A program made the position numbers and the translations under genes. From Escherichia virus TH47, in the sequence record MT446416.1: a stretch of DNA of 64,000 nucleotides; one strand, written 5' to 3'. Shown piece after piece: positions 25,649-36,022 of the stretch. A model generated the notes under the pieces. That model worked only from the letters and a program-made list of their open reading frames with translations. It was not told the origin of the DNA and ran no database searches. Each line of letters begins with the position of its first letter. The first letter of the stretch is position 1.

Positions 25649-25986
25649 TAGAAGTCCCCACGAATTTTTGCTCTACCATTAATGATGAGATTAAACAAGT
25701 ATATCAGCACCCAAATTAGTAATCCAAGGAATACAATATATTGTGATATTGAGTTCAACTGTGGATTAGCACAATAAATTAAGTGTGCGATAAGACCAAC
25801 AATTGCAAACATACCTTGGATAATAGTGAAAAGAAGTAGTGAAATGTTTCCATCAGGATACAGTTTGAAAACGATTTTCTTTTTAAAATACCATAGTACT
25901 ACAACTAGTGCATGATAAAAGAAAAAACCAAACAGATAAATCAAAGTAATACTAAGCATTGTATCTGAATTAAAAAACTCAAGCAT
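25648..25986 (-). CDS. small polytopic membrane protein, family member 7
   Basis: 112 aa; first gene behind promoter 26016-26044. Confidence 0.6.
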   Translation of the reverse strand: MLEFFNSDTMLSITLIYLFGFFFYHALVVVLWYFKKKIVFKLYPDGNISLLLFTIIQGMFAIVGLIAHLIYCANPQLNSISQYIVFLGLLIWVLIYLFNLIINGRAKIRGDF

Positions 25987-26015
25987 ATCGTATCTCCGGT
26001 GGTGAATATTAAGTT

Positions 26016-26044
26016 ATAGTACTACACTATGGTAGTACTGTCAA
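26016..26044 (-). promoter_or_regulatory. promoter of membrane-protein operon
   Basis: TTGACA-N17-TACTAT on minus strand (same type as small-array promoter). Confidence 0.5.
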
Positions 26045-26053
26045 TACATGTAA

Positions 26054-26824
26054 TTAAATTTTCTCAAGGAACAAGTTTTCGCACTGCTCTTCCCAATCAT
26101 ACGGGTTGTTGTTGTATACTGCTGAAATCAACAGAGGCATACGCAGTGAAGGAGCACGAAGTGCATCTTCATGTTTCAGCATCCAATTCAGGATTGCTTT
26201 GCTACCATTACTATTAACACCTTTAGTTGACAGGATGTTGGTCTTGTTCATTACGTTTTCAATGTGAATCATGATATCGCTTTTAGTCTGGATCTGTAAG
26301 TCAACATACACAGAGCGAGACATAAGAGCAGCATAGTGAGCAGACATTTTGGTTTTAGCTTTAGCATTCAGTGCTAAATCTTTGTTAGTAATGAATACGA
26401 TACGACCGTTAAAATCAAAGCTGTTAGGGATACCGTTGGTAGTTAAGTACTTAGAGCTAGTCATGTAAGACACAGTACGTTTACCGCTGTCCAGTACTGC
26501 TTTGAGCAGGTTCATACCGTCTTCTGAATCAAAGATGCTGTCCATATCATCCAGTACTAATACGTTAGTGCTGTGACGATTCTTGTACAGAACTTCATAC
26601 AGAGCAAGAGTAGTCATCTTACCACTGATAGTAACTACGTTCCATTCTGCTGCGTCATGAGCTTTCTGGAGGCGTTGTGACAGGGTGTAAGTCTTACCAA
26701 CACCAGGTGCACCGCTGACAACCATACTTTTTACAGTACTGCTATCATCGAGCAAACACTCAAGAGCAACCATCATGGAGTTGAAGTTTTTCTGGATTTG
26801 AATGCTACGTGCTTCTCTGGTCAT
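26054..26824 (-). CDS. AAA+/P-loop ATPase
   Basis: Walker A GAPGVGKT and Walker B VLVLDDMD; 256 aa. Confidence 0.75.
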   Translation of the reverse strand: MTREARSIQIQKNFNSMMVALECLLDDSSTVKSMVVSGAPGVGKTYTLSQRLQKAHDAAEWNVVTISGKMTTLALYEVLYKNRHSTNVLVLDDMDSIFDSEDGMNLLKAVLDSGKRTVSYMTSSKYLTTNGIPNSFDFNGRIVFITNKDLALNAKAKTKMSAHYAALMSRSVYVDLQIQTKSDIMIHIENVMNKTNILSTKGVNSNGSKAILNWMLKHEDALRAPSLRMPLLISAVYNNNPYDWEEQCENLFLEKI

Positions 26825-26852
26825 TTCGTTATCCTCATCAGTTGATGAAATA

Positions 26853-26885
26853 ATTATAGCAAAAAGGGCTGACCGAAGTCAACCC
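26853..26885 (-). promoter_or_regulatory. terminator-promoter cassette (copy b)
   Basis: GGGTTGACTTCGGTCAGCCC hairpin + T5, TTGACT(-35)-N18-TATAAT, then GAGGA RBS. Confidence 0.6.
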
Positions 26886-26895
26886 TTTTGTATTG

Positions 26896-28044
26896 TTATT
26901 TCTTGTCTAAGATTTGTACTTCACCATAAATCTGTACGATTTGCTTTTCTGGATTACCTTCGATAAGTTTTAGAAAAGATTTCAGTACTGCAACGTGGTC
27001 TTCATAGTATGCAATCCTAATGAAGTTGTAACCGTTGTTGATGGCGTACTCAGTTTTTATTGCGTCTTTTATCTTTCTTTGTTCAAAAGCACTTTTGCCG
27101 CCCCATAATTTGATTGATTGAAAATGTTGTACTCCATCATATTCCAGAAGGATTCGTTTACTTTCAATAAATCGATCAAAAGGTAATGGCTTTTTGAACT
27201 TACAATCAATGAAGCGTTTCTCTTTTATGGTATCATCTTCTAACATACCATCAATATCAACTAAATTCTTACTCTCACCTGATGAACAGGTAGGACATGA
27301 AGACTCAGATGATATATAGTTATGATATGATGGATAAAATGGGTTATTACAATCATTACACTGTAAATGTAATTTTGTTTTTGATGTTTCATAAACACCT
27401 CCCACAAATCCAATAAAGGTATTATTACAAACTGCGTTTCTTTTATCTATTTCATATTTGACTACTAGAATATTCAAACGAATCTTTTTTGCCGAGCTGT
27501 AATCACGACATTCAACACAATTATGACCATTAAGAAAATCATAAATGTTCTCACATAAACGAGTATGGTTGTTTTTACATTTGTACCAAAATTTAGATTT
27601 GAATTTTGTAGTAAATTCACCTTCAAATTTGATAAATGTAATAGATTCACGTTTACACTCTTTTTGTATTTCTTTTAATGCATCAGATTCAGATATTTTG
27701 ATAGTGTTTTGGTACTCTTTTCTTTTCTTCTTACCACATATCTGACATCCACCAGAGATAAGATAACTTTTCAGTGAACTTGTACATAAAGTGCTGCATG
27801 TTCCACATCTAAACAGAACTTTATTCTTTTCTAGTCCAAAAAATTGATTACTGTTTGATATCTGTAAGCCAAAAATAGTATCTTCTTTTTCAATGGCTTT
27901 TAGTTTAATTTCATCAATTCTAACGATAGTTTTTTTATTTTTTACAGGAACATTTTCTATTTTCATGTACTCAAATTTAGTACATAATTCTTCAATAATA
28001 TAAACTTTCTCACCATCTTCATTTAAATAGTACTTTTCAAACAT
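26896..28044 (-). CDS. zinc-ribbon-repeat protein with C-terminal PD-(D/E)xK-like (DUF559/Vsr-like) nuclease domain
   Basis: multiple CxxC pairs; C-terminal ...DCKF...LLEYDGVQHF...FIRIAY pattern. Confidence 0.55.
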   Translation of the reverse strand: MFEKYYLNEDGEKVYIIEELCTKFEYMKIENVPVKNKKTIVRIDEIKLKAIEKEDTIFGLQISNSNQFFGLEKNKVLFRCGTCSTLCTSSLKSYLISGGCQICGKKKRKEYQNTIKISESDALKEIQKECKRESITFIKFEGEFTTKFKSKFWYKCKNNHTRLCENIYDFLNGHNCVECRDYSSAKKIRLNILVVKYEIDKRNAVCNNTFIGFVGGVYETSKTKLHLQCNDCNNPFYPSYHNYISSESSCPTCSSGESKNLVDIDGMLEDDTIKEKRFIDCKFKKPLPFDRFIESKRILLEYDGVQHFQSIKLWGGKSAFEQRKIKDAIKTEYAINNGYNFIRIAYYEDHVAVLKSFLKLIEGNPEKQIVQIYGEVQILDKK

Positions 28045-28060
28045 TACTCAATACTCCTTT

Positions 28061-28273
28061 TCAGTACTGAACCCGTCCAGCACCATTAATCTTAGCCTGA
28101 ATCTTATCTTTTTCGACAAGACCTTCTTTGTAATCGATGGACGTATTATCGCACTGAATTACATCTAAGTCAAGTACTTCTTGTGTACTTAATGAAGTAT
28201 TGTCTGCAATTTGTTGTAAAGTAATGATATCAGTACCGAAGAATTCTGCTAAACGTATAAAAGATAATTTCAT
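28061..28273 (-). CDS. hypothetical protein (70 aa)
   Basis: ORF co-oriented and tightly spaced with downstream nuclease gene. Confidence 0.5.
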   Translation of the reverse strand: MKLSFIRLAEFFGTDIITLQQIADNTSLSTQEVLDLDVIQCDNTSIDYKEGLVEKDKIQAKINGAGRVQY

Positions 28274-28299
28274 GTGTTACCTCTTAAGTTGATGAAATA

Positions 28300-28331
28300 A
28301 TTATAGCAAAAAGGGCCGACCGAAGTCAACC
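28300..28331 (-). promoter_or_regulatory. terminator-promoter cassette (copy c)
   Basis: same hairpin and TATAAT. Confidence 0.6.
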
Positions 28332-29116
28332 ATGTTTGAAAGGATTTTTTAATGGTTTTAGTACTGTATGTATTCTGCTGTGTAGTTCTTCTTCCCACAA
28401 AACATTTACATTATAAACTAAATCATTGTAATCACTGTACTCAAATATAAAATCATACTTTTCATCAAAAGTATGAGAAATCAATTTCATTTTCATCAGT
28501 ACAATAGAACTTTTAAATTTATATGTTTCTTTTTCTTCTCCGGTTTTTGAGATTGGTATATTTTTTACAAATTCTTTGAATTCATCATCAGTCATAGTTT
28601 AACCATATATTATTTAACCAGTATTAGTCCCAATATAGTCACTCCATAAATTATATATATTGTTTTCAACACAATCATCATCGCTTAATTCTATCATTGA
28701 TGATATAAGTACTGATACGGTTTGTGTGTTCAAATCGGTATCGCGATGTTTCAACCACCATTTCAGGGTGAGGGTGAGTGTTCGTGCTGTGTTTGGATTA
28801 TTTGTAAATTTATATCTGGTGGTATCGAGAATCATTTTAAATCTTCTTTCATTTAATTATATAAACAAAGTACTCATGTAATTTTAATTACTTTTGTATA
28901 TTGAATCACATTGTCTACTCAATAGTTTATAGTATGCTTTACCACGAGGAAATAGTTTACGTGTATGTTCTCCTTTTCCCCACGGTCCTAAATATGTTTT
29001 ACGCGTGTCATGATTATTAAAGTTCTTTGATACAGTTGATTTTGTACCAATAGGATCTTTCTTACTAAAATAGATAGACATTATAAAGTTTTCTCTTTAC
29101 TAAGTTTATGTATTAA

Positions 29117-29136
29117 CGGACTGACCGAAGTCAACC
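29117..29136 (-). terminator. cassette hairpin (copy d, degenerate promoter)
   Basis: GGGTTGACTTCGGTCAGTCC downstream of denV stop. Confidence 0.5.
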
Positions 29137-29143
29137 CTTTCCT

Positions 29144-29659
29144 TTAATAATTATTCATTTCATCTTTGATTTGTTCTTCAATTTCGTCGAACATATCAGT
29201 ACTAGATTCTATATTACTACTTACGTCCTGCATATCTTTAACGTACTGTGGGCGTTCAACGTCAGTAAATTTATACCACTTAGGCTTCATCTGGAGCTTC
29301 TCAATCAAACGCTCACGAGACATTTTAATCTCTGACTCCGATGGTACGTAGTCATTACAAAACTCAGCAGGGAAGCCGCTAATGTCGTTTACTTCAGTGT
29401 TTTGAATCTTCATACCACGACGCAAACATTCATTAACAATATCAATATGACGCTTCTGTAAGTACAATAACTTGTTGTAGAAGAATGTTACATGACCTGA
29501 ACCTAACAGGTAAGTACTGTTAATTTTGAAATCACGGACTCGCTTACGTGCTTGAACATGTTTTTGTACAGCACCAAACACACGTGGGAGTTCACGATAT
29601 TCAGCCATCAGATGTTGGTCAGCAAGTTCTTTAACGTGTACTAAGTTAATGCGTGTCAT
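29144..29659 (-). CDS. denV: pyrimidine-dimer DNA glycosylase (endonuclease V) homolog
   Basis: N-terminal [35 protein letters not shown] closely matches T4 DenV as recalled; about 35-aa acidic C-terminal extension. Confidence 0.85.
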   Translation of the reverse strand: MTRINLVHVKELADQHLMAEYRELPRVFGAVQKHVQARKRVRDFKINSTYLLGSGHVTFFYNKLLYLQKRHIDIVNECLRRGMKIQNTEVNDISGFPAEFCNDYVPSESEIKMSRERLIEKLQMKPKWYKFTDVERPQYVKDMQDVSSNIESSTDMFDEIEEQIKDEMNNY

Positions 29660-29687
29660 GTATTCATCCTCTCGTTTCGATGAAATG

Positions 29688-29719
29688 ATTATAGCAAAAA
29701 GGGCTGACCGAAGTCAACC
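29688..29719 (-). promoter_or_regulatory. terminator-promoter cassette (copy e)
   Basis: hairpin + TATAAT upstream of denV. Confidence 0.6.
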
Positions 29720-29728
29720 TTTTTCTTA

Positions 29729-31252
29729 TTATTGTTTTACCCCGCCCCACTTTTCATAGATTGCAATAATCTTATACAAGTTTGTGATGTTAGTTGTTTC
29801 CGTGTAACCATCTTTCATTTCATTTTTGGTAAGTACACCTTTACCAAAAATCCTCTTACACTCCTGTTCTGCTGACCTACAACTTTTGGGAGTGCTGAAA
29901 TGATAATACAACATTGAAGAAACTTTATATATACATTTATTGTCTTGGTGCTTCTGGCGGCGACCATGAACCTTTTCAATTCCATATTTCAATGCAATAG
30001 GTAACTCACCATCATAGATCACATGAATGTATGCAAATTGTTGATTATGATTAGAACATTCGGGGCAACCGGAACCACCAAGGTGAGCATTTGGAGTTAT
30101 TTTGAACTCACCATGTTCGCTACATTCAACCTTAACTAATTTATGTGCATTCACATAATTCGTTTTAGGATATGTGTACTTCCCATTATGTACTTTAGAT
30201 GCCTTTTCAATAAATTCAGGTGTACTAGAACGTTCACATCCTGAACATTTAGAACAACCATTTTTTTCATGTAGATGGTGTGTTGGTTGCTGCGTGAACA
30301 CACCATGTTCTTTACAAACAATCGATACTTTAGTTTTTAAGTTTTTATATTTAACTAAAGAATAATCATATTTGTCTCCATGTATTTCATGTGCTTTTTT
30401 GATGAACGTTTCGGTAGTTAACGCCATCTTTCCACTACACTCTAAACAACCATTGCCAGCCACATGTTTACTGGCAAGTTGCTCAAAATCACCATGTTCT
30501 GGACATGTAATTATAACTTTTCCACGTCCATTTATATAGATAGTTTTATCATATGAATATTTGTCACCGTGAACTTCTTTACATTTTTTGATGAAATCCG
30601 GGGTGTCTTTATATCTATACGTACCACTACATTTAGCACATTTAAAACCACTTAGGTGGTTTGCTGGGGTTTGTTCAAAATCACCATGTTCTTTGCATGT
30701 TATTGTAACTTTGGTTTTTGAGTTGATGTACACAACTTTATCGTATGTGTACTCAAAATTATGTTTAACATTTGCCTTCATGATAAAGTGCTCATTCGTA
30801 GAAACTCTTCCCAAGTGTACAATTGAACCGTCTTTATTCATCTTAGTGCATAAATTACATCCACGTTTTTTTCTTAAATGATCACTAACTCTTTTCTCAA
30901 AATCACCATGTTCTGGACATGTTATAATTACTCTAGAAGAATTAGAAACATCATCTTGTACCTTATCATAAAGGTACACATCACCAAAAATAGCACGAGA
31001 CTGTTCGATGAATTTAGCTTTACCCTTTCGAAAGTGTAGTCCATTTTTTGTATATCTACATTTTTTGCAGCCAGATGACCGTAAATGAGTTCCAGCAATT
31101 TGTTCGAACTCACCATGTTCTGGACATGTAATAATCACTGAGGTTCTTGAATTAACATAAACCACTTTAGTATAATCGTACTTAAAATTATGCAATTTAT
31201 TCGCTTGTTTTACAAACTCTTCTTTATTCATTGCGACTGGCATTGTATTCAT
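29729..31252 (-). CDS. zinc-ribbon-repeat protein with C-terminal GIY-YIG-superfamily (T5orf172-like) domain
   Basis: repeated ITCPEHGDFEQ...C..C modules; C-terminal AYIHVIYDG...LKYGIE...DGYTET. Confidence 0.55.
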   Translation of the reverse strand: MNTMPVAMNKEEFVKQANKLHNFKYDYTKVVYVNSRTSVIITCPEHGEFEQIAGTHLRSSGCKKCRYTKNGLHFRKGKAKFIEQSRAIFGDVYLYDKVQDDVSNSSRVIITCPEHGDFEKRVSDHLRKKRGCNLCTKMNKDGSIVHLGRVSTNEHFIMKANVKHNFEYTYDKVVYINSKTKVTITCKEHGDFEQTPANHLSGFKCAKCSGTYRYKDTPDFIKKCKEVHGDKYSYDKTIYINGRGKVIITCPEHGDFEQLASKHVAGNGCLECSGKMALTTETFIKKAHEIHGDKYDYSLVKYKNLKTKVSIVCKEHGVFTQQPTHHLHEKNGCSKCSGCERSSTPEFIEKASKVHNGKYTYPKTNYVNAHKLVKVECSEHGEFKITPNAHLGGSGCPECSNHNQQFAYIHVIYDGELPIALKYGIEKVHGRRQKHQDNKCIYKVSSMLYYHFSTPKSCRSAEQECKRIFGKGVLTKNEMKDGYTETTNITNLYKIIAIYEKWGGVKQ

Positions 31253-31272
31253 CCTCTCGTCTTGATGAAATA

Positions 31273-31305
31273 ATTATAGCAAAAAGGGCTGACCGAAGTC
31301 AACCC
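31273..31305 (-). promoter_or_regulatory. terminator-promoter cassette (copy f)
   Basis: same element. Confidence 0.6.
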
Positions 31306-31712
31306 TTTTTTCTTTCAATCAAACATAGTCTACCAGAATGTACCATGCGATGGTGATTAGAACAAAGAATCATACACTTTCGAATTTCATCTTTGATAGA
31401 TTCTCGACTTTTACTGAACATAGAACTTGGTGTATGTTCTTTGGTATTAGGATCAAGATGGTGAAAGTCTAAACATTCTGGATACTTCATCATACAAATA
31501 CTACAACCATAAAATGATTTAACTCTGGTCATGAAATCTTTATTTTTTCTTTTGATTTCTTCAAGTTTTTTGACCTCAGTTTTTTTATTTCTGGTTTTCT
31601 TACTGGTAATATTTCTACAATCGTTGCATGTATTTCTATGTTTCCCAGTATCACTTCTTATACCAAATTCACTAATGTTTTTTTCAATATTACATGTAAT
31701 ACACTTCTTCAT
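31299..31712 (-). CDS. HNH endonuclease (137 aa)
   Basis: CSICMM...CLDFHHLDPNTKE...CMILCSNHHRMVH; extra CxxC pairs. Confidence 0.7.
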   Translation of the reverse strand: MKKCITCNIEKNISEFGIRSDTGKHRNTCNDCRNITSKKTRNKKTEVKKLEEIKRKNKDFMTRVKSFYGCSICMMKYPECLDFHHLDPNTKEHTPSSMFSKSRESIKDEIRKCMILCSNHHRMVHSGRLCLIERKKG

Positions 31713-33555
31713 TGTTTAATCCATTTATTCAACAATACCCAACTTCACAATCTCATACCCGTCCAGATAGCCGTAGTAACACTCAGGTGTTTCATAAGAT
31801 GAACCATCATGGATGCCCTGGCATTGACTTTTGGAATTCTCAAGCAATCGTTGCAGTACTGATACGTCATCATGAACGTAATACAAGTTAGCATATAGGT
31901 CAGTTACAATACAGTACTCCAACATGTCAAATGTATCAATCGAAATTTCAACCTTAGCAAATCGTTTCTTTTCTTTATTACACAATGCGTACATATTAAT
32001 CTCCATAATCAAGTTTAACCAACTTACCACACAGATACCCAAAGTTTTCAGGCTTCGCATCTGAATAGAAGAAGTCAGTACTTAACTCTGAATTCAATGC
32101 TAAAGCACACAACTCCACCCAAAATAAACCCCTATGTTGTACTGGCTTACAACGTTTCTGTACAGTTACTAGTCCAGTACATGATGACCACAAAGTAGGA
32201 CAGATACCAGTATCACTACGCTTGGAGTACTGCATCCATCAGTCGATTACGAGTACGTAGTTTCATATAAGTTATCCTTATTTCAAAGAATCATAGTAAG
32301 CAGTGTCAAAGATTGGAGTCATAATAACATAGTCAATACGGTCAATGTAAGTTGAACTCCACATTTCTGGTTTGTCATAAAATTGACGCTCGCGTTCATT
32401 CATACGAGTCAGTACTTCTTCCAATTTACTACGTGAAGCCATCAATGTATTACGCGATCCATAAGTGAAGTACTCAGTCCATTGATATTCATATTCAGTA
32501 CTGATAGATTGAATAGTACCATCTTTGAAATGAGCTAAGGCATATCCTTTCTCTACAAAGTTATCAGGTGGAAGAACACCATCTGGATTAGTTTTCAATG
32601 CTTTGGTTAACTTTTCTTTAATTTCAGTTAACGTGCATACTGAACGAATGTTCTTCAGGTTTGATACTTGAAAATCACTGTACTTTCCAAAGAAAAATAC
32701 ACGCCAATCTTTAGGTTCATTATCAGATACGGTAATATTCGGATGATGGGCGAGTAAACGAAGAAGGCCAGCTTTGTGACCGTTAATGTAGATCTCATGG
32801 ATGTGGTTAGCAGTTTTCTTAAAAGTAATCATGACAATTCCTCGATTGTGGGGATGAGAAGTTCATCCCCTTGATAAACATTATACAGTACTGAATGAGT
32901 TTGTCAACTCAAAATAAATTCATTTCATGTGCGTATTGTGGTTCAAGATGCGATAAGTTTTTGAAGCTTTCTTTCAACTCAGCATCATCTACATACACCG
33001 TGCCTGGTACATTCCCCATAGTGAAACCTACCCACACAGTCATGTCACCAGTCCCTAAGCGTGGCATTGATAGCGAACCATCAGGTGAAACATCAAACGC
33101 TACACTGAAGTCATCAGTAACAACGTCATAACCATTTTCGAGAATAATACATCCACTATCTTTAAGCTTCTGAATGTGGATAGCAGCCTCTACAGCACGT
33201 TTGAAGTTATAGTAAGACTCTTTATCCTCAAACATTGATTGTTTAATCAGACGCTTGTTTAGCTCGGTTACTTTGTGCATTTGACGCATTACTTATCCAT
33301 CTCCAACAGTTGTAGAATTTCATAAGAGCCTGGTGGTGCTGGATTCCTGATCTCAGGGAATTGAGTACTTTTAGGATTACCACCAGCATTAAATTCATCA
33401 AGTAATGATTCGAGTTCATTCCTATCATGAACAACAAACACGCAATATCCAGTACCTTCTTCAAGAACAGTAGTTGAACCCGCACAATCCCATACTGTAT
33501 CAATACATAATAATTCTTTAGTGTTTTTGTTACGCAATGCAAACATATATGTCTC

Positions 33556-33924
33556 CTATCGATTCGGCATATTCTTTCGTAGTCGCAAGAGAAATTCAAC
33601 CACTGACCATGTTGAAATGAAGGTAATATAAGTTGCCAAGAATCCGGTAAGAATAAATGCAACCAGCGTACTACCATTTGGTCCATCTGCTTTAATACCA
33701 ATTATACCATCAACTACAGTGAAACATGTAGCCATTAGCGTGTAGCAGACGTACAACACAAAGAAGAACTCATTCTCCATTGAAGGGTAGAAACGGTTAA
33801 ACACTTTATAAAATTTAAAGTACAGTAGGATTATACCAACAAAGACATAAAATGTAAACAGGGTTGTTATAATATATGAGATTAGGTTCAAATTATACAT
33901 ATTAACGCTCCGGTAAATTATCAC
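33556..33924 (-). CDS. small polytopic membrane protein (family, second cluster)
   Basis: 122 aa; FKFYKVFNRFYP motif; C-terminal RLRKNMPNR. Confidence 0.6.
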   Translation of the reverse strand: MIIYRSVNMYNLNLISYIITTLFTFYVFVGIILLYFKFYKVFNRFYPSMENEFFFVLYVCYTLMATCFTVVDGIIGIKADGPNGSTLVAFILTGFLATYITFISTWSVVEFLLRLRKNMPNR

Positions 33925-34249
33925 GTAAGGTTTTAATTCGATTATACAATTTCACTGAAACATTACCAAATATACCATATCCAAGTACTAAAATGTATGC
34001 AATAAGCATAGTAATAATTACTATAGTGCCAAAACTATAATGTACACTACTGATACCCAATGTAGTTTCAACGATTATTTGGGAAAGAGAAAGAATCAAA
34101 AGTACAACTACAATAGGATGATTTGGATACATCCTATTAAATAGTGTTTTGTACTTGAAGAAGCAAAGCACTCCACCAAATAAGAAGTAAACAATGTAAA
34201 TGCAAGCAACAGCATAGGCAAACACGTTAGTGTAATAAATCATTATCAA
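33902..34249 (-). CDS. small polytopic membrane protein (family)
   Basis: 115 aa; FKYKTLFNRMYP; C-terminal LRDNLPER. Confidence 0.6.
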   Translation of the reverse strand: MIMIYYTNVFAYAVACIYIVYFLFGGVLCFFKYKTLFNRMYPNHPIVVVLLILSLSQIIVETTLGISSVHYSFGTIVIITMLIAYILVLGYGIFGNVSVKLYNRIKTLRDNLPER

Positions 34250-34252
34250 TCC

Positions 34253-34591
34253 TTATTTTTCAGGGATATTAGAACGCCATACATCAAGGCGATGGATCAG
34301 CTCAAAAAACAACCATACTGGAAAGAAAGATATCATAACACCAAGTGATAACCCGGTCAATACCGATACCAGATTTAATTCATCAGTACTATATCCACAT
34401 ATCAGTACTTCTAATATTCCCCACGTACACGCACAGAATACCAAGAATGAAATCGGTGCATCATAATAGATACGTTCATATAAAGTAGTGTATCGGAAGA
34501 ATGCAATAATGTAGCAAAACATGAAATATACCCACATCAATGACACTACATAGAATGACACTTTATTAATTAATTCAAAATTTTGTTCCAT
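34253..34591 (-). CDS. small polytopic membrane protein (family)
   Basis: 112 aa; FRYTTLYERIYY; C-terminal WRSNIPEK. Confidence 0.6.
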   Translation of the reverse strand: MEQNFELINKVSFYVVSLMWVYFMFCYIIAFFRYTTLYERIYYDAPISFLVFCACTWGILEVLICGYSTDELNLVSVLTGLSLGVMISFFPVWLFFELIHRLDVWRSNIPEK

Positions 34592-34885
34592 TTTATACCT
34601 TCAAATATTCAGAAAATAATGCATGAGCTTCTTCTATATTCTTGAGATAATACATATGATATAGATTTGGTTGACCATTTTTATAACTTAAATCGAAGTA
34701 CTTTAAACTATGCACCTTCATGACAAAAACAAATAATGACTTAAAACCAATCTCACCGTACTTAATAAACAGTTCATCTAAATGAATGTAACTCTTAGTT
34801 TCAGATAATTCCTTCACATCAGCTTCAATTTCTTGTAAGCGAAGTTTACCGATTAAGTTTTCAAATGAACGCATGATGTTGTTCC

Positions 34886-35299
34886 TTATGCTGGTACACA
34901 ATTTTTTATAATGAATACACGTTTCATGAATGAACTTTCATATACGTACTTCAGTTTACCATTTTCACGCATACGATGAAACACATCTTTACCACTAGTA
35001 CTCCAGGTTGAACCAGTCTCTGTATCAACATTGTTCATAACACCAGATGTTACGTTCACCCCGTACTTGAAGCTAAAGGTACTACCTTCTTCTACCAGAG
35101 GGATTGGTGTACTACGTTCATGTTCCAGTACAAGTTTACTGCCGATGATGTTGTACGAAGTTAGATTGCATTTTAAAACACCCATCTCTTGTGCAGTTGG
35201 GTAATTCTTCTCAAACAAATCAGATACTTCATTTGCATAACAAACTGAACTAATCATCAGAAGTAATGAACTGATAGAACGGAAAATAACTTTTAACAT
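34886..35299 (-). CDS. secreted protein (137 aa)
   Basis: signal-peptide-like N-terminus; cassette copy upstream. Confidence 0.6.
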   Translation of the reverse strand: MLKVIFRSISSLLLMISSVCYANEVSDLFEKNYPTAQEMGVLKCNLTSYNIIGSKLVLEHERSTPIPLVEEGSTFSFKYGVNVTSGVMNNVDTETGSTWSTSGKDVFHRMRENGKLKYVYESSFMKRVFIIKNCVPA

Positions 35300-35325
35300 G
35301 TTTGCCTCCAGTAGTTGATGAAATG

Positions 35326-35358
35326 ATTATAGCAAAAAGGGCCGACCGAAGTCAACCC
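35326..35358 (-). promoter_or_regulatory. terminator-promoter cassette (copy g)
   Basis: same element. Confidence 0.6.
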
Positions 35359-35363
35359 TTTTT

Positions 35364-35976
35364 TTATATTTTACATATTATGTCTGGTTTTGGCTTTTCA
35401 TTCTTTGGCTTTTCAAATGGATTTGGCTTAGGGGACTTTTTATCTTTGTCATCTTTAGCTTTCTTTTTGTTTTCTTTTTTATCCGATTTGTCAGCTTTGT
35501 CTTTCTTATCCTTGGAATCTTTGTCAGCTTTAGATTGTGGTTCCTCACATACAGCAGCTTTTGGCTCCGGCATATCACATGAGTTATCCACAGGTTTAAT
35601 GAACTCTTTACAGTTGTAGAAGTATAAACTTTCATTGGTAGTAAGATTGTGGAATCTAAAGGTATTTTCACCATTAGTATATACTTTCTTAGTACTCTCA
35701 ATATCATTACACATTGCAACCGTGTCACCGGAATTCATGCTCGACACCTAGTACATCAGATTTACGTTCAGATAGTATTCCAGACGTATATCGATCTTTG
35801 TTATCAAATGCATTGAACCCTATAGTTTTATTATTGTCATGTACTAATCCTCTAGTGTAAGACTTAGTATAGAACTCACCGTTTCTAAACTCCTGTCTAG
35901 CAATGGAGCACTGGTATTCAGTACTATAAGCTATATCAGTAAACAATACAAGTGAAAATAAAACATATTTAAACAT
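35364..35976 (-). pseudogene. split gene (two frames) paralogous to 34886..35299; C-terminal Lys-rich low-complexity tail
   Basis: ORFs 35725..35976 (signal peptide) and 35364..35747 overlap by 23 nt in +1 frame; together they resemble the single 34886 protein. Confidence 0.45.
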
Positions 35977-36022
35977 TGCATTACCTCTTATAAAAACCCT
36001 CTACAATATTTACAAAAAAAAA

